64,000 nt of DNA from Myxococcales bacterium (GCA_024640845.1 JAHEEE010000014.1:1315-65314), one strand, 5' to 3'; counted from the stretch's first letter, positions 1 to 8,236 are shown. Program-made: numbers and translations. Notes: a model not told the origin generated them from the sequence alone.

Positions 1-603
1 GACCATGGACGTCTCCGCGAGGCAGTCTTCATCGTCGATGCCGCAGAAGGGAAAGCGCTCCGGGGAGGGGTCGACGAGTACCAACGCCACCTCGGCAAAC
101 ACGGGTGGAAGAGGCTCGCCGGGCTCGAGCAGGCGGTCGGCGTCTTGGCTGACCTCGATCTGGGCGCGAAGGTCTTCGCAGAATTCCGAGTTGTAGCCAT
201 CGAACCCGGGGACCGTACAAACGCGAAACTCACCAAAGAATTCGGCGTGGTCGGTGGCCGCGGCGAAGTCCAAGGGGCGCCGCAACCGAGTGCTGCGTTG
301 GGCGGCCCCAGGTGCGAAAGGGGGCAAGTCAATGCTCTGTCCCTGCGCAAAGCGATACAGGTCACGGGGGTCGACCGTGACCCCGGCCATGATCGAGTCG
401 AACGAATAGACCGTATGCGCGTGAAGCTCGCCAACGTAGGGGTTTCGCAAGCGGCTGTAGTCGGGGCAGGCGTCCGGCGGGACGACGCAGTCGGGGCCTT
501 CGCAGGAGCCCGAGCTCGGGGAGTCGTCGCACCCGAGCAACGCGAGAGAGAGGGCAAGTGCCATCAAGGCATGTGCACTCGCGAAGAAAGATGGAGTCAT
601 CAT
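1..603 (-). CDS. DUF3604-like lipoprotein, N-terminal 201 codons (3' end lies beyond the left window edge)
   Basis: Absent from the ORF track because it has no stop in the window. Reverse-strand ATG at 603 (second ATG at 600), open to base 1. N-terminus MMTPSFFASAHALMALALSLALLGC is a signal peptide plus lipobox. GELHAHTVYSFDS and PLDFAAATDHAEFFG align with GDTHLHTSYSADA and PLDFLVVTDHAEGLG of the complete DUF3604 protein at 57507-59138. Confidence 0.7.
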   Translation of the reverse strand, partial: MMTPSFFASAHALMALALSLALLGCDDSPSSGSCEGPDCVVPPDACPDYSRLRNPYVGELHAHTVYSFDSIMAGVTVDPRDLYRFAQGQSIDLPPFAPGAAQRSTRLRRPLDFAAATDHAEFFGEFRVCTVPGFDGYNSEFCEDLRAQIEVSQDADRLLEPGEPLPPVFAEVALVLVDPSPERFPFCGIDDEDCLAETSMV

Positions 604-665
604 GGTCGTACTCAAATGAAGGCCCTGCCGGGGAGATTAGCACCTGCCCCGAGGTCGCGGGTCGC

Positions 666-1694
666 TTAAGCGAGTGCCCTCTCGAAAACCCAGTAGAATG
701 CGAGCGAGCCGATGACATAGGCGCTGGTAACCCGAAACGGTCGCGACCACGAATCGGACGAGGAGATCATTGCCACCGGGACGAGAGCCACTGCTAGAAA
801 GGCGAGCTGCCCGACTTCGATCCCGAGGTTGAACGACAACAATGAAAGCGGAATCGCCCCCTGGGGTAGACCGAGCTCGCGAAGGGCGCCTGCAAACCCG
901 AGGCCATGCAGAAGACCAAAGGTGGCCGCCATGATCACGGGAAGGGCGGCGAAGTTTGTTCGTCGGCCTTTGGCGAATCGAACGATCTCCCAGGCCAAGA
1001 CGCCGATGCTCAGCGCGATTAGGATTTCGACGGGTCGTTGCTGAACGCGGACGACGTCCAATGCCGACAAGGCAAGCGTGACGCTGTGGCCGATGGTGAA
1101 CGCAGTCACGACCCAAAGAAGCGATCGCAAACGGACTAGGAGCATCAGCCCAAATACGAAGGCGAGGTGATCGAATCCAGAAATGATGTGTTCGAACCCA
1201 AGTTCTGCGTAGCTCGTGAGCACATCCCACTGCCTTGGAGCCTCGGGTACGCTCCACCGGGGCTCGTCAGCCGTGAGAATAGATCGATAGGTTCGTCCAT
1301 CCAGAAGCTCGATATGCACGATGACATCCGTTCGCGATTCGACCATGCCGTCTGCGCCGATCGACGCGTTCGAGAGACCGCGCTCACCGCAGTCGATGCG
1401 CCAGGTGTAAATCTGCGCCGTTCCCTGTTCGATGAGCTTTGGTTCCGATAGGGGCTTGCAGTGAGCAGGAGGGACAGGTTTGAGCTTGCTCCCCGGGACT
1501 CGGCGCCTTGGCGTCTTCCATGTGATCTCCGCCTGGCCGGGCGCGTATTCTTCGATGCGTATCAGCGACGGAGCCAAAGGGTGTGCGAACGCCGTCGACA
1601 CAAAGGACAAGATCAAGAACACGCTGCAGGTGACGATTATGGGTGCGCGCCAGGAGTCATTCTGAAGGCCTCCCATTCGGTCGAGTATGGGCAA
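666..1694 (-). CDS. HupE/UreJ-family membrane protein (putative Ni/Co transporter) with a ~150-aa N-terminal periplasmic domain
   Basis: 342-aa ORF. Signal-like N-terminus (VFLILSFVSTAFAHP). The C-terminal half has multiple TM helices with GFDHLAFVFGLMLL and LLHGLGFAGAL motifs typical of HupE/UreJ_2. Alternative ATG at 1676. Confidence 0.8.
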   Translation of the reverse strand: MPILDRMGGLQNDSWRAPIIVTCSVFLILSFVSTAFAHPLAPSLIRIEEYAPGQAEITWKTPRRRVPGSKLKPVPPAHCKPLSEPKLIEQGTAQIYTWRIDCGERGLSNASIGADGMVESRTDVIVHIELLDGRTYRSILTADEPRWSVPEAPRQWDVLTSYAELGFEHIISGFDHLAFVFGLMLLVRLRSLLWVVTAFTIGHSVTLALSALDVVRVQQRPVEILIALSIGVLAWEIVRFAKGRRTNFAALPVIMAATFGLLHGLGFAGALRELGLPQGAIPLSLLSFNLGIEVGQLAFLAVALVPVAMISSSDSWSRPFRVTSAYVIGSLAFYWVFERALA

Positions 1695-1779
1695 CAGGCA
1701 GCCTTTTGCACGCGCAACGCCAAATAGCGAGGCGTCTTGCTTCCTCGAGCTCTTGCCTACCGGCGTCCGACACCCAATG

Positions 1780-1925
1780 GGCGAGCGCAGGTTCTGGAGT
1801 CGATCCCCTTCGGTGGACGGTTAGGCGCTTGCGCGCGACTTACCCCGCTTCCTTAGACACCGGGCTAGGGTTGCTGGGGACGGCCTCGAAGGCCGCCGGA
1901 CTCGTGTCTCCGGGCTGGCTTTGGC
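1780..1925 (-). promoter_or_regulatory. Candidate cobalamin (B12) riboswitch in the leader of the hupE-like gene
   Basis: The reverse-strand leader contains four elements in canonical order: CUAAGGAAG (cf. J3/4 AAGGGAAG), GCG-GGGUAAGU-CGC (cf. L4 GGUGnnAAnUCC), CCGUCCACCG (cf. CCCGCCACUG) and GACUCCAGAACCUGCGC (cf. B12 box AGUCAGGAAACCUGCC). A long hairpin GGAGACAC...GUGUCU precedes them. The comparison is to the consensus from memory, not a covariance-model score. Confidence 0.4.
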
Positions 1926-1944
1926 GCAACTACTCGAAACTCGG

Positions 1945-2028
1945 TGCGGAAGAGAGGACTCGAACCTCCACGAGTTTTACCTCACTAGATCCTTAGTCTA
2001 GCGCGTCTGCCAGTTCCGCCACTTCCGC
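1945..2028 (-). tRNA. tRNA-Leu, anticodon AAG (class II, long variable arm), CCA not encoded
   Basis: 84 nt: acceptor GCGGAAG/CTTCCGC, D arm GCG-GAACTGGCAGA-CGC, anticodon stem CTAGA/TCTAG with loop CTAAGGA, 15-nt variable arm, T arm GGAGG-TTCGAGT-CCTCT, discriminator A. It aligns position-for-position with E. coli tRNA-Leu. Confidence 0.9.
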
Positions 2029-2100
2029 AGGAAATACAGGGGGCGGAAGCTAGTCAAGTCGGGCCTCCTGTCAAGGCGCCAATCGATGGCGCAGGAGGCA

Positions 2101-2126
2101 GGGCCGGGGGCCTTGAACCCCGGCCC
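2101..2126 (-). terminator. GC-rich hairpin downstream of the small lipoprotein ORF
   Basis: GGGCCGGGG (2101-2109) and CCCCGGCCC (2118-2126) form a perfect 9-bp stem with an 8-nt loop. There is no U-tract. A second hairpin CCTCCTG...CAGGAGG lies at 2064-2098. Confidence 0.3.
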
Positions 2127-2198
2127 GGGAAACACACCCTGAACCGACCGGCGCGGGCGCCTGGGCTTGGTTCGGTGGAGGGGAGCCGCCGGTCGGCT

Positions 2199-2366
2199 TC
2201 AGGGCATGTAAACGTGGAACGCTTCCCCGTTGAGGTCGTGGTTGCGAAGGGGTTGCGGCCCGTCGGTCGCGCTGATCTGGCAGCCCACGACCAGGCCTAT
2301 GACTAAGACCGCCAACCCGCGGAGCAAGACGAGGAGCTTCGAGCTTAGGGTAGGCGAGGGCGTCAT
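2199..2366 (-). CDS. Small lipoprotein (55 aa), below the ORF-track length cut-off
   Basis: ATG at 2366 lies 8 nt after AGGAGG (2375-2380). Product MTPSPTLSSKLLVLLRGLAVLVIGLVVGCQISATDGPQPLRNHDLNGEAFHVYMP has a signal peptide and a VVGC lipobox. Third codon positions are mostly G/C (by eye). The overlapping 104-aa track ORF (2071-2385) is in another frame and is Arg/Pro-rich. Confidence 0.5.
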   Translation of the reverse strand: MTPSPTLSSKLLVLLRGLAVLVIGLVVGCQISATDGPQPLRNHDLNGEAFHVYMP

Positions 2367-2445
2367 CAACATGACCTCCTTTCACAGGTCATGCCCAGTA
2401 GTCTGTGCTTTCGGGCTTCCGTTGACTATTCAGAAAATATTATTC

Positions 2446-2457
2446 ATCTACGTAGAT
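2446..2457. promoter_or_regulatory. Perfect 12-bp palindrome ATCTACGTAGAT in an AT-rich divergent promoter region (possible LysR operator)
   Basis: Read directly. It lies 23 bp upstream of the LysR-type gene start and 80 bp upstream of the divergent small lipoprotein ORF. Confidence 0.3.
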
Positions 2458-2479
2458 ACAACCTACATAAGGACGACCC

Positions 2480-3385
2480 ATGCAGTGGCTCAACTACCAT
2501 CACCTTCTCTACTTCTGGACCGTCGCTCGAGAGGGAGGAATTCAAGCCGCGAGTCGCCGACTGAGGCTGGCCCACCCCACTGTCAGCGTTCAGATCAAGC
2601 AGCTCGAAGAAGCGCTCGGCTACCAGCTTTTCGACCGGAGTCATCGCAAGCTCGAGCTCACCGAGGCAGGGCACCTCGCATACCGCTATGCAGACGAGAT
2701 CTTTTCGCTCGGGCGCGAGATGCTCGATGTGCTCGAGGGGCAGCCTGCCGGGAGGCCCCTCCGACTCTCGGTCGGCATCAGCGATGCGATGCCCAAGCTC
2801 GTCGTGCGCAACCTCCTCGAGCCGGCGCTCCGTCTCTCGACGCCGGTCCGGCTCGTGTGCTCGGAGGAGCGTTTCGATCGCCTCCTCGGCGGGCTCGCGA
2901 CGCACTCGCTCGACGTCGTGCTCGCCGACATGCCGTGTCCGCCCACCAGCGGCGTCAAGGCGTTCAACCACCTGCTTGGCGAGTGTGGCCTGACCTTCTT
3001 TGCTCACCGAACGCTCGCGCCAAAGCTGCGCCGAACCTTTCCTCAGTCGCTCACCGACGCGCCGATGTTGATGCCCACGCAGGGCACGTCCCTCGGTCGT
3101 GCGGTCGTGCAGTGGTTCGAAAGCCAGGGGGTCCGACCCGAAGTCGTGGCCGAGTTCGACGACAGCGCGCTCATGAAGACGTTCGGGCAGGACGGTGTCG
3201 GCGTCTTTCCGACTCCCTCGGTCATGGAGGTCGAAGTCAAGCGCCAATACGGCGTCCACGTCGTCGGCCGCACCGATGAGATCCGCGCTCGCTTCTACGC
3301 AATCTCGCCCGAGCGCCGTCTGAAGAACCCGGCCGTCAGCGCGATCTGCGAGGCGGCGCGGGAGGAACTCTTCGCGAGCGCTTAG
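2480..3385 (+). CDS. LysR-family transcriptional regulator, NhaR-like
   Basis: N-terminus MQWLNYHHLLYFWTVAREGGIQAASRRLRLAHPTVSVQIKQLEEALG closely resembles the NhaR wHTH (NYNHLYYFW...). 301 aa, typical LTTR length. Confidence 0.9.
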   Translation: MQWLNYHHLLYFWTVAREGGIQAASRRLRLAHPTVSVQIKQLEEALGYQLFDRSHRKLELTEAGHLAYRYADEIFSLGREMLDVLEGQPAGRPLRLSVGISDAMPKLVVRNLLEPALRLSTPVRLVCSEERFDRLLGGLATHSLDVVLADMPCPPTSGVKAFNHLLGECGLTFFAHRTLAPKLRRTFPQSLTDAPMLMPTQGTSLGRAVVQWFESQGVRPEVVAEFDDSALMKTFGQDGVGVFPTPSVMEVEVKRQYGVHVVGRTDEIRARFYAISPERRLKNPAVSAICEAAREELFASA

Positions 3386-3699
3386 CTCCTGCGCTCCTCG
3401 AGGATCAGCTTGATGAGCGCGTTGAGCGTCTGGTGGCCCTCCACCGCGTGCCGCAACGGCAGCGAGCCATTGACCTCGTACGTGTTTCGACGTCCCTCGC
3501 GTGTGCGGGTGACATATCCGGCGGCCTCGAGCTCGGCGACGATGCGTTGCACGGCCCGTTCGGTGATTCCCACCTTTTCGGCCACGTCGCGCATCCGGGC
3601 CTCCGGGTCCTGAACCAGGCAGAGCAAGACGTGTGAATGGTTGGTGAGAAACGTCCAGGCGGTCTCCGGCGCTTCATCCTTAATCTTCGCCTTGGCCAC
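3382..3699 (-). CDS. Winged-helix (MarR/ArsR-like) transcriptional regulator, 105 aa
   Basis: The C-terminal part of track ORF 3382-4167 has an HTH (MRDVAEKVGITERAVQRIVAELEAAGYVTRTREGRRNTYEV). The longer ORF overlaps purE on the other strand, so the GTG at 3699 (VAKAKIKDE...) is taken as start. The start is uncertain. Confidence 0.65.
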   Translation of the reverse strand: MAKAKIKDEAPETAWTFLTNHSHVLLCLVQDPEARMRDVAEKVGITERAVQRIVAELEAAGYVTRTREGRRNTYEVNGSLPLRHAVEGHQTLNALIKLILEERRS

Positions 3700-3791
3700 T
3701 CCGCATCCCCGTTCAAAGGATACACGATCCCGATTTCGTGAGTCAAAGCGACTGGTAACAGCCTGGCCCTCCAAAAAGGACAGCTCGAGGC

Positions 3792-3819
3792 TTGCGGTTG
3801 GGTCGATTGGCGATATATA
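3792..3819 (+). promoter_or_regulatory. Possible sigma-70-type promoter for purEK
   Basis: TTGCGG (3792-3797), 16-nt spacer, TATATA (3814-3819), about 35 nt upstream of the purE ATG at 3854. Confidence 0.25.
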
Positions 3820-3853
3820 AAACATGAAACGCACTTCGCGAATAGGAAAGCGC

Positions 3854-4360
3854 ATGAGTCCCCCGACGACAGAGCCTCTCGACCGACCTCGGGTCGCCAT
3901 CATCATGGGCAGTTCGAGCGACTGGCCAACGCTGAAGCACGCCGCCGCGGTCCTCGAGGAGCTCCGCGTTCCATTCGAGGCCAAGGTGGTGTCCGCGCAT
4001 CGGACCCCAGACCTGCTCTTCAGCTTCTGCGAGCAGGCGGAAGGCAGGGGGATTGAGGTCATCATCGCCGGGGCAGGCGGGGCCGCGCACCTGCCCGGTA
4101 TGGCCGCGTCGAAGACTCTCCTCCCGGTTCTTGGCGTCCCTGTTCGAAGCAGCTCGCTCAACGGCATCGATTCGCTCCTGTCGATTGTTCAGATGCCGAG
4201 GGGTGTGCCGGTCGGGACCCTTGCCATCGGAGATGCGGGCGCAGCCAACGCGGCGCTGCTCGCTACGGCGATGCTTGCGAGAGGCGACGAGGTGCTTCGC
4301 AGCCGGCTGCAGGCTTTTCGCTCCGCTCAGACCGCAAAAGTGTTGGAGGCAGAGCTATGA
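3854..4360 (+). CDS. purE: N5-carboxyaminoimidazole ribonucleotide mutase (class I PurE)
   Basis: SAHRTP and [26 protein letters not shown] motifs. The stop overlaps the purK start (ATGA). The track start at 3824 adds 10 basic residues, so the ATG at 3854 is preferred. Confidence 0.9.
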   Translation: MSPPTTEPLDRPRVAIIMGSSSDWPTLKHAAAVLEELRVPFEAKVVSAHRTPDLLFSFCEQAEGRGIEVIIAGAGGAAHLPGMAASKTLLPVLGVPVRSSSLNGIDSLLSIVQMPRGVPVGTLAIGDAGAANAALLATAMLARGDEVLRSRLQAFRSAQTAKVLEAEL

Positions 4361-5505
4361 GCACGCACCCGCCTGGAGCCACCATCGGGATCATTGGTGG
4401 TGGTCAACTGGCGCAGATGATGGTCATGGAGGCGAAACGGATGGGCTACCGTGCTTGTGTGCTCGCGCCGCGGGCGGACGAGCCTGCCGCGCAGATTGCA
4501 GACCGTTGGATTTGCGGTGCCCTCGACGACGCCGAGGCCGTTGAGCGGCTCGCTAAGTCCGTCGACGTCATCACGGTCGACTCCGAGCACGTTCCGGCTT
4601 CTCTTTTAGCGGACGCCGAGCTTGTTTGCCCGGTGCGGCCGTCGCCCCACGTGCTCCGTACGATTCAGGATCGCGGCGTGCAGCGACGCTTCTTGGAGGC
4701 AATCGAGGCGCCACAACCACACTGCGTCACGGTCGACTCGCTGGATGGTCTTCGCGAACAAGTCCAAGTAGTCGGTCTTCCTTGCGTGCTGAAGAGCCGC
4801 CAAGCCGGATACGACGGAAAAGGGCAGGCCGTCATCCGGACCGACGACGAGGTGGAGCCAGCGTGGCGCGCGGTTGGTTGCTCTCCGTCTATGCTCGAAG
4901 AGCTCGTGCCCTTCGACGCCGAGATCTCGGTGCTGCTCGCGCGGGCTCCAGGCGGTGAGATGAAATTCTACCCGGTGGCCCACAACGTGCACCGCCACCA
5001 TGTACTGCATGCGACGATGGCGCCCGCGCCCCTTCCCGAGTCCGTCGAGGATGAGGCGATTTGCATCGCTAGCTCGATTGCGACTGCGCTCGAGCACGTC
5101 GGCATGATGGCGGTCGAGATGTTTCTCGTCGGCTCGGAGCTGCTCGTCAACGAGATTGCGCCGCGCCCTCACAACAGCGGGCACTACACGTTTGGGGCCT
5201 GTGTGACATCGCAGTTCGAGCAGCACGTTCGGGCAGTGCTCGGTCTCCCGCTTGGCGATACTTCTCTCTCCTCCCCAGCCGTGATGCTCAACTTGTTCGG
5301 CGACCTCTGGCGCGACGGCGACCCCGACTGGACGCCAATCCTGACACAGCGCGAGGCGCGCCTTCACCTGTACGGAAAGACCGAGCCGCGGCCCGGCCGA
5401 AAGATGGGACACGTGCTTCTGCTGGACGAAGATCTGCATCGAGCCCTCCGAAACGGAGAAGCCCTCTTGGACACGCTCACGCCCTCGGAACATTTGGTTG
5501 CCTAG
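4357..5505 (+). CDS. purK: N5-carboxyaminoimidazole ribonucleotide synthase
   Basis: ATP-grasp protein; [14 protein letters not shown]-terminus, 382 aa, translationally coupled to purE. Confidence 0.9.
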   Translation: MSTHPPGATIGIIGGGQLAQMMVMEAKRMGYRACVLAPRADEPAAQIADRWICGALDDAEAVERLAKSVDVITVDSEHVPASLLADAELVCPVRPSPHVLRTIQDRGVQRRFLEAIEAPQPHCVTVDSLDGLREQVQVVGLPCVLKSRQAGYDGKGQAVIRTDDEVEPAWRAVGCSPSMLEELVPFDAEISVLLARAPGGEMKFYPVAHNVHRHHVLHATMAPAPLPESVEDEAICIASSIATALEHVGMMAVEMFLVGSELLVNEIAPRPHNSGHYTFGACVTSQFEQHVRAVLGLPLGDTSLSSPAVMLNLFGDLWRDGDPDWTPILTQREARLHLYGKTEPRPGRKMGHVLLLDEDLHRALRNGEALLDTLTPSEHLVA

Positions 5506-5551
5506 GAAGCTTCGCGCCGGTGCAGCGAGTCAACAACTTCTTGGAGGAACG

Positions 5552-6970
5552 ATGAAAATCACGATAGCGAAAGGCGATGGCATCGGACCCGAGGTCATGG
5601 CTTCCGTCCTCGAGATCTTCAACAAGGTGCAAGTTCCGCTCGAGTACGAAGAAGTGCAGATGGGCAAGGAGGTCGTCTTTGCGGGCGACCGGACCGGCAT
5701 CGGTGCGCTGGCACGTCGCTCAGTGGAGTCTACAGGCATTCTCTTCAAGGGTCCCATGGAAACCCCGAAGGGAGGCGACTACAAGAGCGTCGACGTCACC
5801 GCAAGGAAGCTCTGGGGCGCGTTCGCCAACAAGCGCGTCTATCGGTCGTACCCCGGGGTGCCTACTCCAACCGGTGCCCGCGGGCTCAACCTCACGATGG
5901 TCAGAGAGAACATCGAAGACACCTACGGTGCGGTCGAGCACATGCAAACGCATGACGTCGCCCAGTGCCGTCGCTTCATCACCCGGCCGGGAAGCGAGCA
6001 GGTGCACCGGTACACCTTCGAGGTGGCCGCGCGCAAAGGCGCCCGACGCGTGACATGCGCGCACAACGCGAACATCATGAAGATGACCGACGGGCTTTTC
6101 CTCGAAGTCTTCTATGATGTCGCCAAAGACTATCCCGAGATAGCGGCTGACGACATCCTCGTCGACGCCCTTGCCATGCGTCTCGTCCTCGATCCCTCCG
6201 AATTCGAAGTAGTGGTCCTGCCCAATCTCCCGGGAGGCATACTCAGCGATCTTGCAGCCGGGCTCGTCGGCGGACTGGCCTACGCTCCTTCGGCCAACAT
6301 CGGTGATGGGATCTGCATCTTCGAAGCGGTGCACGGGACGGCGCCCGAAAACGTCGGAAGAGACGTGGCGAATCCGACAGCGCTCCTCTTGAGCGGCACG
6401 ATGATGCTGCGCCACCTCGGCCTCGTTTCACATGCGATGGTCATCGAACGAGCGCTCGACCAGACCCTGCGGGACATGCACAAGCGGCCCGACCTCGGCC
6501 AACCCGTCCCACTCTTCAGAACGTCCGTGTTTACATCGAAGATGCTCGACACGCTCGACGGGCTAGAGATTCCCATCGGTCAGCTCCCTCGTCTCGAGGT
6601 TCGGCGTCGCGCCCAGCCGACGATGCGCGTGTCTCCTGCGCCTAAGAGCACGGTATTCCGCGGCGTCGACGTGTTCCTCGAATCCGGTTTGCCGCCGAAT
6701 CGAGTCGAAGCGCGGCTCGCTGAGCTCAGCGGCTCGTTGAGGCTGACCATGATCTCCAATCGCGGGACACAGGTGTCGCCGGTCGGCTCGGCATACACCG
6801 ATTGCGTCAATCACTATCGCGCAAGGTTCGAGACCGACAGACCGGTGTCCCAACACGAGATCGTCTCGCAACTCGGGGCCGTCGGCGAACGCTTCCAGCT
6901 TTGCGGCGCCGAATGGCTGCGCGAGATCGACGGCGCGCAGGGGTATTCCCTGGCCCAAGGTCAGAGCTGA
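5552..6970 (+). CDS. Isocitrate/isopropylmalate dehydrogenase-family protein with a ~130-aa C-terminal extension
   Basis: GGAGGA RBS then ATG at 5552. Motifs [29 protein letters not shown] and [18 protein letters not shown]. See the finding on the atypical metal-site residue. Confidence 0.85.
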   Translation: MKITIAKGDGIGPEVMASVLEIFNKVQVPLEYEEVQMGKEVVFAGDRTGIGALARRSVESTGILFKGPMETPKGGDYKSVDVTARKLWGAFANKRVYRSYPGVPTPTGARGLNLTMVRENIEDTYGAVEHMQTHDVAQCRRFITRPGSEQVHRYTFEVAARKGARRVTCAHNANIMKMTDGLFLEVFYDVAKDYPEIAADDILVDALAMRLVLDPSEFEVVVLPNLPGGILSDLAAGLVGGLAYAPSANIGDGICIFEAVHGTAPENVGRDVANPTALLLSGTMMLRHLGLVSHAMVIERALDQTLRDMHKRPDLGQPVPLFRTSVFTSKMLDTLDGLEIPIGQLPRLEVRRRAQPTMRVSPAPKSTVFRGVDVFLESGLPPNRVEARLAELSGSLRLTMISNRGTQVSPVGSAYTDCVNHYRARFETDRPVSQHEIVSQLGAVGERFQLCGAEWLREIDGAQGYSLAQGQS

Positions 6971-6975
6971 CCCGC

Positions 6976-7404
6976 TCAGTCGGCGAACATGGTCGGAACC
7001 TTGGCAGCGCTGGCAACCACCAGACGCGACGGCTCCACAAACCGAATGATTGTCGGTAGATGCCCGCGCGCAAGTTTGAGCTTGCCCTCCATCATGCCCT
7101 TGATCGGGTCGAGCCGACCTTCGATCACGTCCCGCCATCGAGCGTAGCTGCCAACGATCACGAAATCGGCGTCCTTCGGGTCACTTTCGCCCTCGACGAA
7201 CCGCGCGTGGCGACACTCTCCTCGATGTACGTGGAGCACGATCCCCGCGTCGCGTTCGAGCCCACGGTCGGGGTCCGATAGGACGATCATCGCGACCGAG
7301 CCGAATGTCCATGGCCTGCCGACCTCGCGGTATGCGCGGCTGTTGTTGAGGGCAATCCTCAATGCTTCTGCCCATTCGATGGAGGGAAATCGATGCACTA
7401 ACAA
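6976..7404 (-). CDS. SCP2 sterol-binding-domain protein
   Basis: 142 aa; C-terminal IEGRLDPIKGMMEGKLKLARG is typical of the SCP-2 fold. Confidence 0.75.
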   Translation of the reverse strand: MLVHRFPSIEWAEALRIALNNSRAYREVGRPWTFGSVAMIVLSDPDRGLERDAGIVLHVHRGECRHARFVEGESDPKDADFVIVGSYARWRDVIEGRLDPIKGMMEGKLKLARGHLPTIIRFVEPSRLVVASAAKVPTMFAD

Positions 7405-7483
7405 CTCCCTGCCCGGGCTTCAACGAGGCCCCTCTTAGCTTGCCGCGGCGCCGTGCGCAAACTCGCCGTGCTACAAGTCTCTG

Positions 7484-8236
7484 GTGCGCACGCTGCGTTC
7501 AGACCTTCTCACTCGGCACGGATTTCAGCACGCGTTTTCCACACGCGAGGGCGGGGTGAGCGCACCTCCGTATGACTCCTTGAACCTCGGGTTTCACCTG
7601 GGCGATGACGAGGATGCCGTTCGCGAGAACCGCAGGCGATTCGCGAAGAGCCTGGGCGTCCCGCTCGATCGGTTGTTTGAGCAGCGCCAAGTCCACGGCT
7701 CTTCCGTGCGTGAGATCTCAGCAACCGATGAAGCTTCGGCGATCGCGGATGCCGAGGGTGACGCGCTCGTCGTGCGCGTGGCAGGGTTCGCGGTCGCCGC
7801 TCGAACCGCCGACTGCGTTCCTGTTCTCCTCGCTCACCCGGGAAGCGGGCATGTCGCTGCCGTGCATGCGGGATGGCGAGGTGCAGTGGCCGGTGTCGTC
7901 CTCGAGGCGATCGCGACGCTAGAGCACGATCCCGCCGAGATCGTGGCCGCGATCGGACCGCACATCAGGGTCGGGGCGTTCGAGATTGGCGAAGAAGTCG
8001 TGCGGGAGCTCAAGCGCGCCGCGCGAGGTCGACCGGTCGTCGATCGCAGCCGCAAGAGACCGCATGGCGACTTGACCAAACTCATCGAGCTTCAGCTAGG
8101 GGACGCCGGTCTTCCCCCCGAAGCGATCGACGATGTGGGCAGCTGCACCCACAGCGAGACTGCGCACTTCTTTTCGCATCGGCGCGACCTCGGAAACACC
8201 GGGCGGCACCTTTCCGCGATCGTTGCGAGGTGCTAG
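7484..8236 (+). CDS. pgeF: Peptidoglycan editing factor PgeF (YfiH/DUF152 family)
   Basis: HGFQHAFSTREGGVS, SLNLG and ADCVPVLL...VHAGWRG motifs; 250 aa; GTG start. Confidence 0.85.
   Translation: MRTLRSDLLTRHGFQHAFSTREGGVSAPPYDSLNLGFHLGDDEDAVRENRRRFAKSLGVPLDRLFEQRQVHGSSVREISATDEASAIADAEGDALVVRVAGFAVAARTADCVPVLLAHPGSGHVAAVHAGWRGAVAGVVLEAIATLEHDPAEIVAAIGPHIRVGAFEIGEEVVRELKRAARGRPVVDRSRKRPHGDLTKLIELQLGDAGLPPEAIDDVGSCTHSETAHFFSHRRDLGNTGRHLSAIVARC

Noticed and set aside
1700-1944. Possibility that the structured non-coding region next to tRNA-Leu is tmRNA, SRP RNA, RNase P RNA or 6S RNA
   Set aside because: No tRNA-like 3' end or tag ORF (tmRNA) is present. There is no GGAAGCAGC-type domain IV motif (SRP) and no GAGGAAAGUCC motif (RNase P). 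The region is also too short for RNase P. The motif order fits a B12-type riboswitch leader better, which is still unproven.
2071-2385. 104-aa reverse-strand ORF between tRNA-Leu and the LysR gene
   Set aside because: It is Arg/Pro-rich. Its GTG start overlaps the AGGAGG element that serves the alternative frame. That alternative frame (2199-2366) gives a clean lipoprotein with GC-rich third positions.
1900-2480. tRNA-Leu as an integration hotspot or genomic-island boundary
   Set aside because: There is no integrase, no direct repeat of the tRNA 3' end, and no compositional shift or mobile genes on either side. The flanking genes look like core metabolism.
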